A DNA stretch of 64,000 nt from Candidatus Nomurabacteria bacterium (GTDB taxonomy: Bacteria; Patescibacteriota; Minisyncoccia; Phycocordibacterales; UBA9973). Position numbers and translations under genes: made by a program. The notes beneath the pieces were generated by a model. The model made no database searches and was not told the origin of the DNA. It saw only the letters and a list, made by a program, of their open reading frames with translations. The first letter of the stretch is position 1. Each line of letters starts with the position of its first letter. Shown piece by piece: positions 20,913 to 31,242 of this stretch. The stretch covers positions 1,056-65,055 of the forward strand of contig JAPLXO010000008.1 of the NCBI GenBank assembly GCA_026396065.1. Direction: 5' to 3'.

Positions 20913-21554
20913 ATGAAGAAGATTTTCGATTCTTACAAAGTTCACTTTTCTGAGAAAAAGTTTGTTTTTTCGGTGGTATCAGCGCTTATGCTTTTCGTTG
21001 TAAGTTTATTTGTCAATTTTTATGCTGGTATGTATGCCACCGAGAGGGCGAGTAACTCTGTAACCGATATTGTATTAAGTAATATTAGAAGTTTTGATGT
21101 TGATTCTTTGTTTATTTATGGTGGTTTTATTATTTTTATTGTTATTACACTTTTTTGTTTATTTGAACCAAAAAAACTTCCATTTATTATAAAATCTGTA
21201 AGTCTTTTTGTTTTGATTCGATCTTTATTTATCACTCTTACTCATATTGGACCTTTTCCTTCACAAATAGATATTACTTCAGAAAATTTTCTAACTAACT
21301 TTATCTTTGGTGGTGATTTATTTTTCTCTGGTCATACTGGTTTACCATTTTTAATGGCGCTTATTTATTGGGATAATAAAATAGTTCGTTTTTTCTTTAT
21401 AGTGATGTCTTTATTTTTTGGTACAATAGTTTTGCTCGGGCATTTACACTATACGATTGACGTATTGTCTGCGTTTTTTATTACTTATACTATTTATCAT
21501 ATGGCTAGATATTTATTTAAAAATGATTACGAATTTTTTAAAAAAAGTTTATAA
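20913..21554 (+). CDS. PAP2-related membrane protein (sphingomyelin synthase/PAP2_C-like)
   Basis: DLFFSGHT and HYTIDV motifs, multiple TMs. Confidence 0.8.
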   Translation: MKKIFDSYKVHFSEKKFVFSVVSALMLFVVSLFVNFYAGMYATERASNSVTDIVLSNIRSFDVDSLFIYGGFIIFIVITLFCLFEPKKLPFIIKSVSLFVLIRSLFITLTHIGPFPSQIDITSENFLTNFIFGGDLFFSGHTGLPFLMALIYWDNKIVRFFFIVMSLFFGTIVLLGHLHYTIDVLSAFFITYTIYHMARYLFKNDYEFFKKSL

Positions 21555-21569
21555 ATTTATTAAATTATT

Positions 21570-22094
21570 ATGATATACAATATTCATCCAATCTTTGTTC
21601 ATTTTCCCATAGCTTTGCTTTTTCTCTATTCATTTGTAAAAATTCTTCCATTTAAAAGATGGTTACCAGGAGTTGCTTGGAATCATATAGAAAGAGCTTT
21701 GTTATTTTTTGGTGTACTAGGAGCTTTCACTGCTTTGGGAACAGGGGAGATTGCTGAAAAATTATATCAATCAGAACATAAACTTATTGAAATTCATTCT
21801 ACTTTTGCTGGTATTGCCACTTGGATTTATGTAGCACTTTTATTTGGAGAAATCATTTCAGTTTTAAATAATTCATATCAAAATTTAATTCAAGAAATAA
21901 AAATAGATAAAATAAAGACTTTTCTAGTTAAGTTAGAAAACATATTATGTAGTGGAACATTTTCTAAAATTTTATCTATTTTAGGTTTGATAGCTATTAG
22001 CGTAACAGGTATTTTAGGTGGAGCAATAGTATATGGAGCTTCTGCTGATCCATTTGCTGGTTTTATTTTAAAATTATTTGGTATTAATTTGTAA
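21570..22094 (+). CDS. DUF2231-like membrane protein
   Basis: HPIFVHFPIALL, TG...H, TGILGGAIVY. Confidence 0.75.
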   Translation: MIYNIHPIFVHFPIALLFLYSFVKILPFKRWLPGVAWNHIERALLFFGVLGAFTALGTGEIAEKLYQSEHKLIEIHSTFAGIATWIYVALLFGEIISVLNNSYQNLIQEIKIDKIKTFLVKLENILCSGTFSKILSILGLIAISVTGILGGAIVYGASADPFAGFILKLFGINL

Positions 22095-22748
22095 TTAATA
22101 AGTTACTCCAGGTATTACAAAAAATCCATAAAGTACTACTGCAAAATTTATTATTGAATGGCTTATTATTATAAGTAGTAAGCTCGGGTATCTCATATAC
22201 ATTATTGCAAAACCAAGTCCTCCAATAAAAGCTAGCGGTAGTCCAATCATTGGATTTGGAAATATAGAATGCAGAAACATAAAAATTAAAGCATTTACTA
22301 TTACTACAAGCCAAGGCCTCGATATTAATTTACTAAGTGCCGGTATTAGATATGCCCTATAGCCCACTTCTTGAAAAATAGAAACTAATAAAAATCCATA
22401 AATAAAATGGCTATATTTCCACCATTTATTTAATTCTTCATAACCAATTTTTTCACCAAATAAAGAAATAGTGGCCACTGTAACTAATGTAAATATTGTA
22501 TATGGAATTATATATTTTTTTATTCTGTATTTTGTAATACCGAGCATCAATAGTGTCCATTTTTCTTCTACTAGTATAACTACTAATAGACTAATAAGAG
22601 CAACTAATAAATATACTCTTTGTCCAGATGAAATAATACTAAGATCTATCAATAGTATTGGTAATATAAAAATTAGTAAAATTTGAAGCAGAAGCTCTTT
22701 TTTACTTGTTTGTATATTTTCAACAATGTATTTGATTTGCTCGTCCAT
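22095..22748 (-). CDS. CPBP (Abi/CAAX protease-like) intramembrane metalloprotease
   Basis: QEVGYRAYL, FMFLH, HSIIN motifs. Confidence 0.8.
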   Translation of the reverse strand: MDEQIKYIVENIQTSKKELLLQILLIFILPILLIDLSIISSGQRVYLLVALISLLVVILVEEKWTLLMLGITKYRIKKYIIPYTIFTLVTVATISLFGEKIGYEELNKWWKYSHFIYGFLLVSIFQEVGYRAYLIPALSKLISRPWLVVIVNALIFMFLHSIFPNPMIGLPLAFIGGLGFAIMYMRYPSLLLIIISHSIINFAVVLYGFFVIPGVTY

Positions 22749-22813
22749 AATGTTATATTAACATAATATCGTTTGCCGTTGTAGTTGTTTTAGTAGGTCG
22801 ATACGTCAATATT

Positions 22814-22886
22814 GCCGTTATAGCTCAGGTAGTAGAGCACGTTCTTGGTAAGAACGAGGTCATCAGTGCAAATCTGATTAACGGCT
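22814..22886 (+). tRNA. tRNA-Thr(GGT)
   Basis: GCCGTTA/TAACGGC acceptor; CGTTC-TT-GGT-AA-GAACG anticodon arm. Confidence 0.93.
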
Positions 22887-22892
22887 CAGTAC

Positions 22893-22965
22893 GCCATCCT
22901 AGCTCATCTGGTAGAGCAACCCCTTCGTAAGGGGTAGGTGCCGAGTTCAAGTCTCGGGGATGGCT
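22893..22965 (+). tRNA. tRNA-Thr(CGT)
   Basis: GCCATCC/GGATGGC acceptor; ACCCC-TT-CGT-AA-GGGGT anticodon arm. Confidence 0.93.
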
Positions 22966-22995
22966 CCTTTAAAACTAATATAGTATCATGACTAT

Positions 22996-23790
22996 ATGAA
23001 TATTGAATTTACAAAAATGCATGGCCTAGGTAATGACTTTATTGTTATTAACAATATGAATGGCAGAATAAAACTTTCCACTGAGCAAGTAGTTTTTTTA
23101 TGTAATCGTTTTATTGGTGTCGGTGCTGATGGAGTTATTTTAGTGGAAAAGTCCGATAAAGCACATTGTTTTATGAATTATATAAATGCAGATGGAACAT
23201 ACGCAGAAATGTGTGGCAATGGTGTACGTTGTACGGCAAAATTTTTGCGAGATGATTTTTTTAAAGATCAAAATGATTTTAAAATAGATACAAGAGCAGG
23301 AATAAAAGAAGTTAAATATTATAGTAAAGATAAAACTTTTTCTGTAAATATGGGTAAGCCAATTTTTAAGCATTCTGATTTTCCAGAAAATTCTTTGGAC
23401 TTGGAAGGATTATCTTTAGACTTTGTTTCAGTCGGCAATCCTCACGCTGTAGCTTTTGTTGAAAATTTAAATAATTATAATATTTCATTTATCGGACCTC
23501 GTATTGAAAATGATAAACACTTTCCAAATAAAATAAATTTTCATATAGTTCAAAAGAAAAGTGAAAAAGAATTTGATGTTTTGACATGGGAGCGTGGTTG
23601 CGGAGCGACCCTTGCTTGCGGTACTGGTGCTTGCGCCGTGTATGCTATTTTAAGAAAATATAAAAATACTTCCACTCCGTTGATCATAGGTTTACCTGGA
23701 GGCAAACTTTTTATTTCAGAGAATGAAGAAGGGGTTATTATTATGAGTGGTCCCGCAGAGAGTGTTTTTAGTGCTATTATATCTTTATAG
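22996..23790 (+). CDS. dapF: Diaminopimelate epimerase
   Basis: FTKMHGLGNDF, EMCGNG, GNPH, WERGCGATLACGTGAC. Confidence 0.95.
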   Translation: MNIEFTKMHGLGNDFIVINNMNGRIKLSTEQVVFLCNRFIGVGADGVILVEKSDKAHCFMNYINADGTYAEMCGNGVRCTAKFLRDDFFKDQNDFKIDTRAGIKEVKYYSKDKTFSVNMGKPIFKHSDFPENSLDLEGLSLDFVSVGNPHAVAFVENLNNYNISFIGPRIENDKHFPNKINFHIVQKKSEKEFDVLTWERGCGATLACGTGACAVYAILRKYKNTSTPLIIGLPGGKLFISENEEGVIIMSGPAESVFSAIISL

Positions 23791-23793
23791 ACT

Positions 23794-24681
23794 ATGAACG
23801 AAGATACAAATCAAATTGAAGAAAAAATCAGGACTCTAGAAGAATCAATGGTGAAGCCAGATTTTTGGAATGATAAAGTAAATGCTCAAACAGTATTGAA
23901 AGAACTTGCTGAACTTAAAGATAAAAAAGAAGGATTGGGAAAATATGATAAAGGCTCGGCAATAATAAATATTTTTTCTGGTGCTGGAGGGGATGATGCA
24001 GAAGATTTTTCTAGTATTCTTTTTGGAATGTATATGAAATATGCAAAGAGAACTGGCTATGGTATCAGCTTTATGGATGAACATAAAAATGATCATGGAG
24101 GATATAGAAATGTATCTTTTGAAATTTCTGGAAAGGGTGCGTATGGAAAATTAAAAAATGAATCAGGTGTGCATCGTCTCGTGCGTATTTCACCATTCAA
24201 TGCAAAAAAAATGCGTCATACTTCTTTTTCTCTTGTAGAAGTTTTACCAAAGTTTTCTAAAATGGATGAAAAAGATTTTATAATACCAGAAGCTGATTTG
24301 AAAATAGAATTTTCTCGTGCAGGTGGGCCTGGTGGGCAGAATGTAAACAAGCGCGAGACAGCAGTGCGAATAGTCCACACACCGACAGGAATATCGGTGC
24401 ATGCCAATGGAGAGCGAAGCCAAGAACAAAATCGCGAACAAGCTATGAGTATTCTTCGCGCAAAGATTTTTAAGAAAGCCCAAGATGAGAAAAAAACTTT
24501 TGAAGAAAGTATGAAGATTTCTAAAGGTACAGAAATAGAATGGGGAAGTCAGATTCGCTCATATGTCCTCCATCCATACAAAATGGTAAAAGACCACCGC
24601 ACAGATGCTGAAACCTCAAATGTAGACGCTGTGCTTAATGGCGATCTTGACCTTTTTATTAAAGCTGAGAAAAGCTTATAG
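23794..24681 (+). CDS. prfB: Peptide chain release factor 2 (short form)
   Basis: [11 protein letters not shown] (SPF), GPGGQNVNK (GGQ), WGSQIRSY. Confidence 0.9.
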   Translation: MNEDTNQIEEKIRTLEESMVKPDFWNDKVNAQTVLKELAELKDKKEGLGKYDKGSAIINIFSGAGGDDAEDFSSILFGMYMKYAKRTGYGISFMDEHKNDHGGYRNVSFEISGKGAYGKLKNESGVHRLVRISPFNAKKMRHTSFSLVEVLPKFSKMDEKDFIIPEADLKIEFSRAGGPGGQNVNKRETAVRIVHTPTGISVHANGERSQEQNREQAMSILRAKIFKKAQDEKKTFEESMKISKGTEIEWGSQIRSYVLHPYKMVKDHRTDAETSNVDAVLNGDLDLFIKAEKSL

Positions 24682-24933
24682 CTCTTGACTTTTTTATACA
24701 ATATGCTAGTATAGAAGCCAGTTTCAGCTCTTTGACAGAAGCTTTGTTTTATTGTAATAAGAGCAACATTTAGTGAATTTAATATCACTAAGTTCTTTAA
24801 ATGTTGCTCTTTTAAATATATTTAATTAGAAACAACCGTTGCTGTAACCAATCAGCCATTCCGTTACGAAAGGACCAGATGAAAAGACTCTGGAGATTTT
24901 TTTAAATGTATCTAAACAAAAAACAAATTAAAA

Positions 24934-27105
24934 ATGAAGAAAATAGTTCTTTTGCTATTAGTAGCACTCTTATTCATTGGAGCGACAATGAAAGTAAACG
25001 CACAACAAATTATTCACCCGAGTTTCACGATAAGCGCAGATACTACTTGTACAGGAGTATATTTATTCCCTACAAGTACAACAACAGTGGATTTTCCAAG
25101 TGACACTTCATATTTGAAATATGAATGGTCAACAAATGGAAATGCTACAACGCAGTACTGGCAAGGGCGTTATTTTTACCAGGGAGTTGCTTATAATTGG
25201 GGAAGTAATACTTACTTTCTTACATTAACGGTAACAGATACTGTTAATAACATTGGAAACAGCTTTTCCCAGCCTATACATGTATATGACAGGCCGGGTT
25301 GGACATTAATAAGTCCGCAAAGTCCTACTATTGATTGTATTGATTCGGTGATTGTAACTGCTACAAATAACGACCCAAATACAACTTTTATTTAGGAAGA
25401 CAATACTGGAGCAATCATTGGTTCAGGACAACAACAGAGTTTTAATTTAGGTGGAAATTATTCAGTTACTGCGGTAAGTACGATTTCCGGCTGTGTTTCA
25501 AATGGCACAAATTTCTTCAATGTCCAAAATAATGGGCAAACCACGATTACTATATTCGCTGGTTACCCAAACATAAACTTTGGATACATAAATGTATTTG
25601 GTGATAGCGTAGAAGTCTGCGGCTCAAATGCAACACTCGGGTTCAATACCTCGGGACCATTCAATAATAACTTCACTTGGGACAATGGATCTAATCAGTA
25701 CAACCGAACTATCACAAGTTCAGGACTGTACTCTCTGACTTACATCAGTCCTAGTGGTTGCACAATCACGTCTACAATATATGTGACGATGCGTCCACTA
25801 CCTGTACTTCCTATAACTTCATCAGGGTCAACTACTTTTTGTAACGGAGGAAGTACAACACTTCAAACTACTCCAAACTTACAAAATTATAATTGGCAAG
25901 GAGCTTGGGGTCAGGGTAATACAGCTGTAGTTTCTTGGAATGGAAATGTAACTGTCATAGCAACCGATTCTTTCGGTTGTACTGGACAATCACAACCAGT
26001 TACAATTACTGTTTTAAATACATCAGTCACACCAATCATAAGTCAGGTTGGATGCAACACTTTTTCAAATGTAGCACCTGACTCGACTACGACTTTGAGT
26101 TGGACCTTGTATGGCACATCAGCTGTATTAGGAACTACTCAATTGTTTCAACCTCCGCATTATGGGATGTATGTTTGTACAGCTACAAATATAAATGGTT
26201 GTGCAAATGCATCGGTACCTTTTGCCTTTACCAACTTAATTATTCCACCTGTATTGAATACAACCGGAATGACTGAAGGTTGCCAAGGACAAAACATTAA
26301 TCTTGTAGTGCTAAATGCAGCAAGTTATTCTTCATTGATTTGGAGTAATGGTGCAAATACATCAAATATTGTTGTAAACAATTCTGGATTATTTTCAGTA
26401 ACTGGTTACAATAATGGATGCCAACAAACCTCAGTCGTGGATACTGTAATTTTCCATCCAAACCCTACAGCAACGATTAGTGGAAACTCACAGTTTTGTG
26501 AGGGCTCCACTGATACTCTTTCTGTAAGTGCTGGAGCTAGTACTTATTGCTGGAATACCAATCAAAATACTGCAAGTATTTCTGTGACAAATTCCGGTAC
26601 TTATTCTGTGACAACGACTAATACTTTTGGTTGTACAGGTAGTGCAAGTATTACGGTAACAGCAAATCCATTACCTATACCGGTAATTGCTGTAAATGGT
26701 TGTGTTGTTTACATTACAAATTCACAACCAGGTGATACACAGGAATGGTATATAAACGGAATATTAGTATCTGGTTCTGGAGATTATATCTCTACTGGTG
26801 ATATCGGAATGTATCAGGTTTTCGTTACTAACAGTAGCGGATGCAGTAATGGTTCAAACAGTATATTTATAAACTGTACCGCTGGTATTGAAGAAGCAAT
26901 TTTAAATAATGCTTCAATTTATCAGACGGACCATGAAATAACTATTAAATTTACCGAGAACAAAGATCATACGATAAATATTTTTGATGTACTAGGTAAA
27001 AAAGTGTTTGAAAAAACAGCACACGGAACTATGGTTATTCAAACCGAAAATTTTAACTCAGGGATGTACTTTATCCAGGGATTAAAAAGAATTTTAATAA
27101 AGTAA
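24934..27105 (+). pseudogene. Secreted Ig/PKD-like repeat protein with T9SS type A C-terminal sorting domain; one reading frame broken by TAG at 25393-25395
   Basis: ORFs 24934-25395 and 25783-27105 share a frame and 25396-25782 is open; signal peptide ...VNAQ; repeats W.NG....I.V...G.Y.VT.....GC; C-terminal IFDVLGKKV...SGMYFI...RILIK. Confidence 0.75.
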
Positions 27106-27252
27106 TTGTGGAATAAAGTTTTCGCTCTTAATAAAAAACTCTTTGTGACTTAATTGTTTGCAGGGAGTTTTTTCTTGCTATTTTACAAAAAATGTGATAA
27201 TATAATTCTATAATTTAAATATAGTTCTTAATCATTTAAAACAAAAGCAGTT

Positions 27253-27636
27253 ATGAAAAAAACAAAATTTTTACTGGTGCTTGGCACCTTAGTTATTTTG
27301 TCTGTGTTATTTGCTAATATAGCAAAAGCACAAACAGGTTATTATATTGAAAGTACAAAGTTTCAAAAGTATGCAAGAGAACATCCAAATTCAATGCAGT
27401 ATCGTTACGATAAGTTAAATCGTATGGTGCTTTGGATGACTCCTTGTAACAGGGATAGCATTAATACAACATCTTACACTTATGATGCTGCAGGTAATCG
27501 TTTGAGTAAGACAGTCCTTTTATTTTACAAGGACAAAGAAAACAACGAAAAATATATCTGCCAAACAACAATGGACCCAAAACAGTTTTCCACCTTTCTG
27601 GAAACTATTTTTAACCAATTGGATGGAAAACAGTAA
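27253..27636 (+). CDS. Small secreted protein with YD/RHS-like repeats
   Basis: Signal peptide ending AKAQ; YRYDKLNRM and YTYDAAGNRLS motifs. Confidence 0.7.
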   Translation: MKKTKFLLVLGTLVILSVLFANIAKAQTGYYIESTKFQKYAREHPNSMQYRYDKLNRMVLWMTPCNRDSINTTSYTYDAAGNRLSKTVLLFYKDKENNEKYICQTTMDPKQFSTFLETIFNQLDGKQ

Positions 27637-27652
27637 ACTTTTAAAAATTTTG

Positions 27653-27690
27653 AAAATCCATAGTGAGCCTAGCTCATTATGGATTTTTGT
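27653..27690 (+). terminator. Intrinsic terminator
   Basis: aaaatccatagtgagc/gctcattatggatttt hairpin plus T-tract. Confidence 0.65.
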
Positions 27691-27720
27691 TTGTTTATCT
27701 TTTCTGATATAATAAGATTC

Positions 27721-28401
27721 GTGATCTACTTTAATAATGTTTCAAAAATTTACAATAAAGATTCAGTAGCATTAGATGATATTAATCTTACTATTTCTGC
27801 AGGGGAATTGGTCTCAATTGTAGGCCATTCTGGTGCCGGAAAGACTACTTTGATTAAAATGATACTTTCCGATGAAAAGCCTACAGGAGGTAGTGTTTTT
27901 TTTGAGTCTTTAGATATTCAAAATTTAAAAAATAAAGATCTCACGAAGCTCCGCCGACGTATCGGGGCTGTTTTTCAAGATTTTAAACTTTTAACAAATA
28001 AGACTGCTTACGAAAATATAGCTTTTGCAATGGAAGCGGCTGGAAAGACAGATGAAGAAATGCTCAGCGATATTCCACATGTTTTAGAATTGGTTAATTT
28101 ATCACACAAGACAAATCATTTTCCTCATCAAATGTCTGGAGGTGAAAAGCAACGTCTTGCTATAGCTCGCGCTATCATCAACCAACCAGAATTAATCATT
28201 GCTGATGAGCCTACTGGTAATTTGGACCCAGTAAATACTTTTGAAGTAATTCAGATTTTAAAAAAGATTAATGATTTGGGTACGACTGTTATTTTGACTA
28301 CACACAATAGAGGCGTAATAGATTCGATAGGTAAGCGTGTAATCACTATGGACAAAGGAAAGATTACTAGGGATGATAAAGACGGTAAATATACAATATA
28401 G
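27721..28401 (+). CDS. ftsE: Cell division ATP-binding protein FtsE
   Basis: [34 protein letters not shown]; upstream of ftsX; GTG start after TATAAT. Confidence 0.92.
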   Translation: MIYFNNVSKIYNKDSVALDDINLTISAGELVSIVGHSGAGKTTLIKMILSDEKPTGGSVFFESLDIQNLKNKDLTKLRRRIGAVFQDFKLLTNKTAYENIAFAMEAAGKTDEEMLSDIPHVLELVNLSHKTNHFPHQMSGGEKQRLAIARAIINQPELIIADEPTGNLDPVNTFEVIQILKKINDLGTTVILTTHNRGVIDSIGKRVITMDKGKITRDDKDGKYTI

Positions 28402-28413
28402 TATAATAATATT

Positions 28414-29331
28414 ATGAGAGAATTAAAAAGAATTATAAAAGCAGGTTTTCTAAATTTTCGTAGAAATGGAATAATTTCTTGGGCAGCTGTTTTAATAGTC
28501 ACTATTACTCTTTCTGTAATTACTTCACTTATTTTTCTTCAAGCAGTTTTGCATTTTTCACTTGATCAAATAAAAGATAAAGTAGACGTTACTATTTATT
28601 TCACTACAGGTGCGTCAGAAGAAAAAATTCTTACTTTAGAATCTTCTATAAAAAAGTTACCAGAAGTATCCAGTGTGAGCTATGTATCATCTGGTGACGC
28701 ATTAAAAACTTTCCGTGATAGACATAGCAATGATTATCCTACTATTCAAGCACTAGATGAAATTGGAATAAACCCACTTGGTGCATATTTAAATATTAAA
28801 GCAAAAGAAATTTCTCAATACGGTGCCATTTCTGATTTCTTAGGATCTGACAATACTCTTATGAAAGACTCGGCTTCTATTATAGATAAAGTAAATTATA
28901 ATCAAAATAAAAGTGTGATAGATCGGTTGAATGCGATTATTAGTGGAGCTCAAAAATTAGGTTTTCTAATTACTCTTGTTTTAGTCGGCATCTCAATTAT
29001 TATTGCTTTTAATACCATTCGTTTAACTATATTTATGTCTCGTGAGGAGATATCTGTGATGCGTCTAGTAGGGGGTAGTAATATGCGTATTAGAGGCCCA
29101 TTTATGGTGGAAGGAGCGATTTATGGAGTAGTAGCGACAGTTATAACCTTGTTAATTTTCTGGCCATGGACAGCATGGCTCGGTAAAAATATGACTTCAT
29201 TTCTGGGTATGAATTTATATGATTATTATCTTTCCAATATATTTGAAATTTTTATGATTGTATTATTATCAGGTGTCTTGCTAGGAGTTATTTCTAGTTC
29301 TCTTGCAATACGTAAATATTTAAGAAAGTAG
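28414..29331 (+). CDS. ftsX: Cell division permease FtsX
   Basis: FNTIRLTI...EISVMRLVG...IRGPFMVEG. Confidence 0.92.
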   Translation: MRELKRIIKAGFLNFRRNGIISWAAVLIVTITLSVITSLIFLQAVLHFSLDQIKDKVDVTIYFTTGASEEKILTLESSIKKLPEVSSVSYVSSGDALKTFRDRHSNDYPTIQALDEIGINPLGAYLNIKAKEISQYGAISDFLGSDNTLMKDSASIIDKVNYNQNKSVIDRLNAIISGAQKLGFLITLVLVGISIIIAFNTIRLTIFMSREEISVMRLVGGSNMRIRGPFMVEGAIYGVVATVITLLIFWPWTAWLGKNMTSFLGMNLYDYYLSNIFEIFMIVLLSGVLLGVISSSLAIRKYLRK

Positions 29332-29332
29332 T

Positions 29333-30985
29333 ATGGCTAAGGAAAATACAAAATATATTTTTGTGGTAGGTGGTGTTATTTCTGGAGTCGGAAAGGGTAT
29401 TACTTCTTCTTCAATTGGACTTATATTAAAAAATCGTGGACTCAATGTAACAGCAATAAAAATTGATCCATATATCAATGTGGATGCAGGTACAATGAAT
29501 CCTACAGAGCACGGAGAAGTTTTTGTACTTGGTGATAAAGATGAGACAGATCAAGATATGGGTAATTATGAAAGATTTTTAGATATTAATCTTACCCGTA
29601 CCAATTATATGACTACAGGACGAGTGTATCAAACAGTTATTGAAAAAGAACGTAATTTAGAATACAAAGGGAAGTGCGTCGAAGTTGTCCCACATATTCC
29701 TCTTGAGGTTGTTCGTCGTATAAAAAAAGCTGGAGTAGATGCTAAGGCCGATGTAGTGATTGTAGAAGTCGGTGGTACTGTCGGTGAATATCAAAATATG
29801 CTTTTTCTTGAAGCAGCTAGAATGTTGAAAATTGAGCAACCACACAATGTATTTTTCATTATGGTTTCATATTTACCGACTCCATCAAAAGTAGGAGAGA
29901 TGAAAACAAAACCCACACAGCATGCCTCACGTCTCCTTAATGGTTCTGGAATTCAGGCTGATATTTTAATTGCTCGCGCTGATACACCACTAGATGAAAA
30001 AAGAAAAGAAAAACTTGCAATGTTTTGCAATATCCCTGCTGATAAAATAATTTCTGCGCCAGACGTAGATAGTGTATATGATATACCAATAAATTTTGAA
30101 AAAGAAAAATTGTCTGAAAAACTTTGTGAAATAATGAATGTAGTTTGCAAAAAACCAGATGAAAAAAGATGGCTCGCTTGGAAAAATTTTACAAAGAAAG
30201 TTCATAATTCAAAAGATACCTTAAAGATTGCAATGATTGGTAAATATTTTGAGACTGGAGATTTTATTCTTTCCGATTCTTATCTTTCAGTAATTGAAGC
30301 TGTGAAATATTCTGCATATAGTCAAAATAAAAAACCTATAATTTCTTGGTTAAATGCTACTGACTTTGAAAAATCACCAGCAAAACTTAAAGAATTAAAA
30401 AATTATGATGGCATCATAGTCCCAGGAGGTTTTGGATCTCGTGGTATAGAAGGAATAATTAGTACTATAAAATTTGCTCGTGAAAATAAAATTCCATATT
30501 TTGGTCTTTGCTATGGTATGCAATTACTAGTGATAGAATATGCACGAAATATTTTAGGATTAAAAGATGCAAATACTCGTGAGGTAAATCCAAATTCAAA
30601 GAATATGGTAATCGATGTAATGGAAGAGCAAAAAGAACTTTTAAAAAATAATCTTTATGGAGGGTCTATGCGTTTGGGAAATTATGAATGTGTATTGGGA
30701 AAGGGTACAGTGGCCGAAAACTCTTATGGATCAAAAGAAATAATAGAGCGTCATAGACATCGCTACGAAGTAAACAATTCTTTTGTAGAAAGTTTAGAAA
30801 AGAAAGGTTTGGTTTTTTCCGGTAAATCTCCAAATGGAAAACTTATGGAGATAGCTGAACTTCCTAAAAAAGACCATCCATTTTTCCTGGGTACTCAATT
30901 TCATCCTGAGTTTTTAGCTCGTCCACTCACACCGCATCCACTTTTTACAGCTTTTATCAAAGCTTGCATAAATAAGAAAAAATAA
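29333..30985 (+). CDS. pyrG: CTP synthase
   Basis: GGVISGVGKG, DPYINVDAGTMNP, KTKPTQH, ERHRHRYE, QFHPEF. Confidence 0.97.
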   Translation: MAKENTKYIFVVGGVISGVGKGITSSSIGLILKNRGLNVTAIKIDPYINVDAGTMNPTEHGEVFVLGDKDETDQDMGNYERFLDINLTRTNYMTTGRVYQTVIEKERNLEYKGKCVEVVPHIPLEVVRRIKKAGVDAKADVVIVEVGGTVGEYQNMLFLEAARMLKIEQPHNVFFIMVSYLPTPSKVGEMKTKPTQHASRLLNGSGIQADILIARADTPLDEKRKEKLAMFCNIPADKIISAPDVDSVYDIPINFEKEKLSEKLCEIMNVVCKKPDEKRWLAWKNFTKKVHNSKDTLKIAMIGKYFETGDFILSDSYLSVIEAVKYSAYSQNKKPIISWLNATDFEKSPAKLKELKNYDGIIVPGGFGSRGIEGIISTIKFARENKIPYFGLCYGMQLLVIEYARNILGLKDANTREVNPNSKNMVIDVMEEQKELLKNNLYGGSMRLGNYECVLGKGTVAENSYGSKEIIERHRHRYEVNNSFVESLEKKGLVFSGKSPNGKLMEIAELPKKDHPFFLGTQFHPEFLARPLTPHPLFTAFIKACINKKK

Positions 30986-31033
30986 ATATTCTCTTGAGTA
31001 ATTGGTATTTTTAAGCTAATCTTTAGAAGTAGG

Positions 31034-31076
31034 GTTATTTTTGTTTATAAAGCTGGGAGATCGTCTAATGGTGGGA
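31034..31076 (+). repeat. Copy of the tRNA-Gln 5' flank and 5' third
   Basis: gttatttttgtttataaagctgggagatcgtctaatggtggga vs 31126-31167. Confidence 0.8.
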
Positions 31077-31145
31077 ATAAAAAATAAACTTCTTTATTTT
31101 TTATCTGGTTCTGAAAGAAATTATCGTTATTTTTGTTGTGAAAGC

Positions 31146-31216
31146 TGGGAGATCGTCTAATGGTAGGACACCTCCCTCTGGAGGAGGTTATCTTGGTTCG
31201 AGTCCAAGTCTCCCAG
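31146..31216 (+). tRNA. tRNA-Gln(CTG)
   Basis: TGGGAGA/TCTCCCA acceptor; CCTCC-CT-CTG-GA-GGAGG; GGTTCGAGTCC. Confidence 0.95.
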
Positions 31217-31242
31217 CTTTCATAAGAAAAATAGATAATAAG

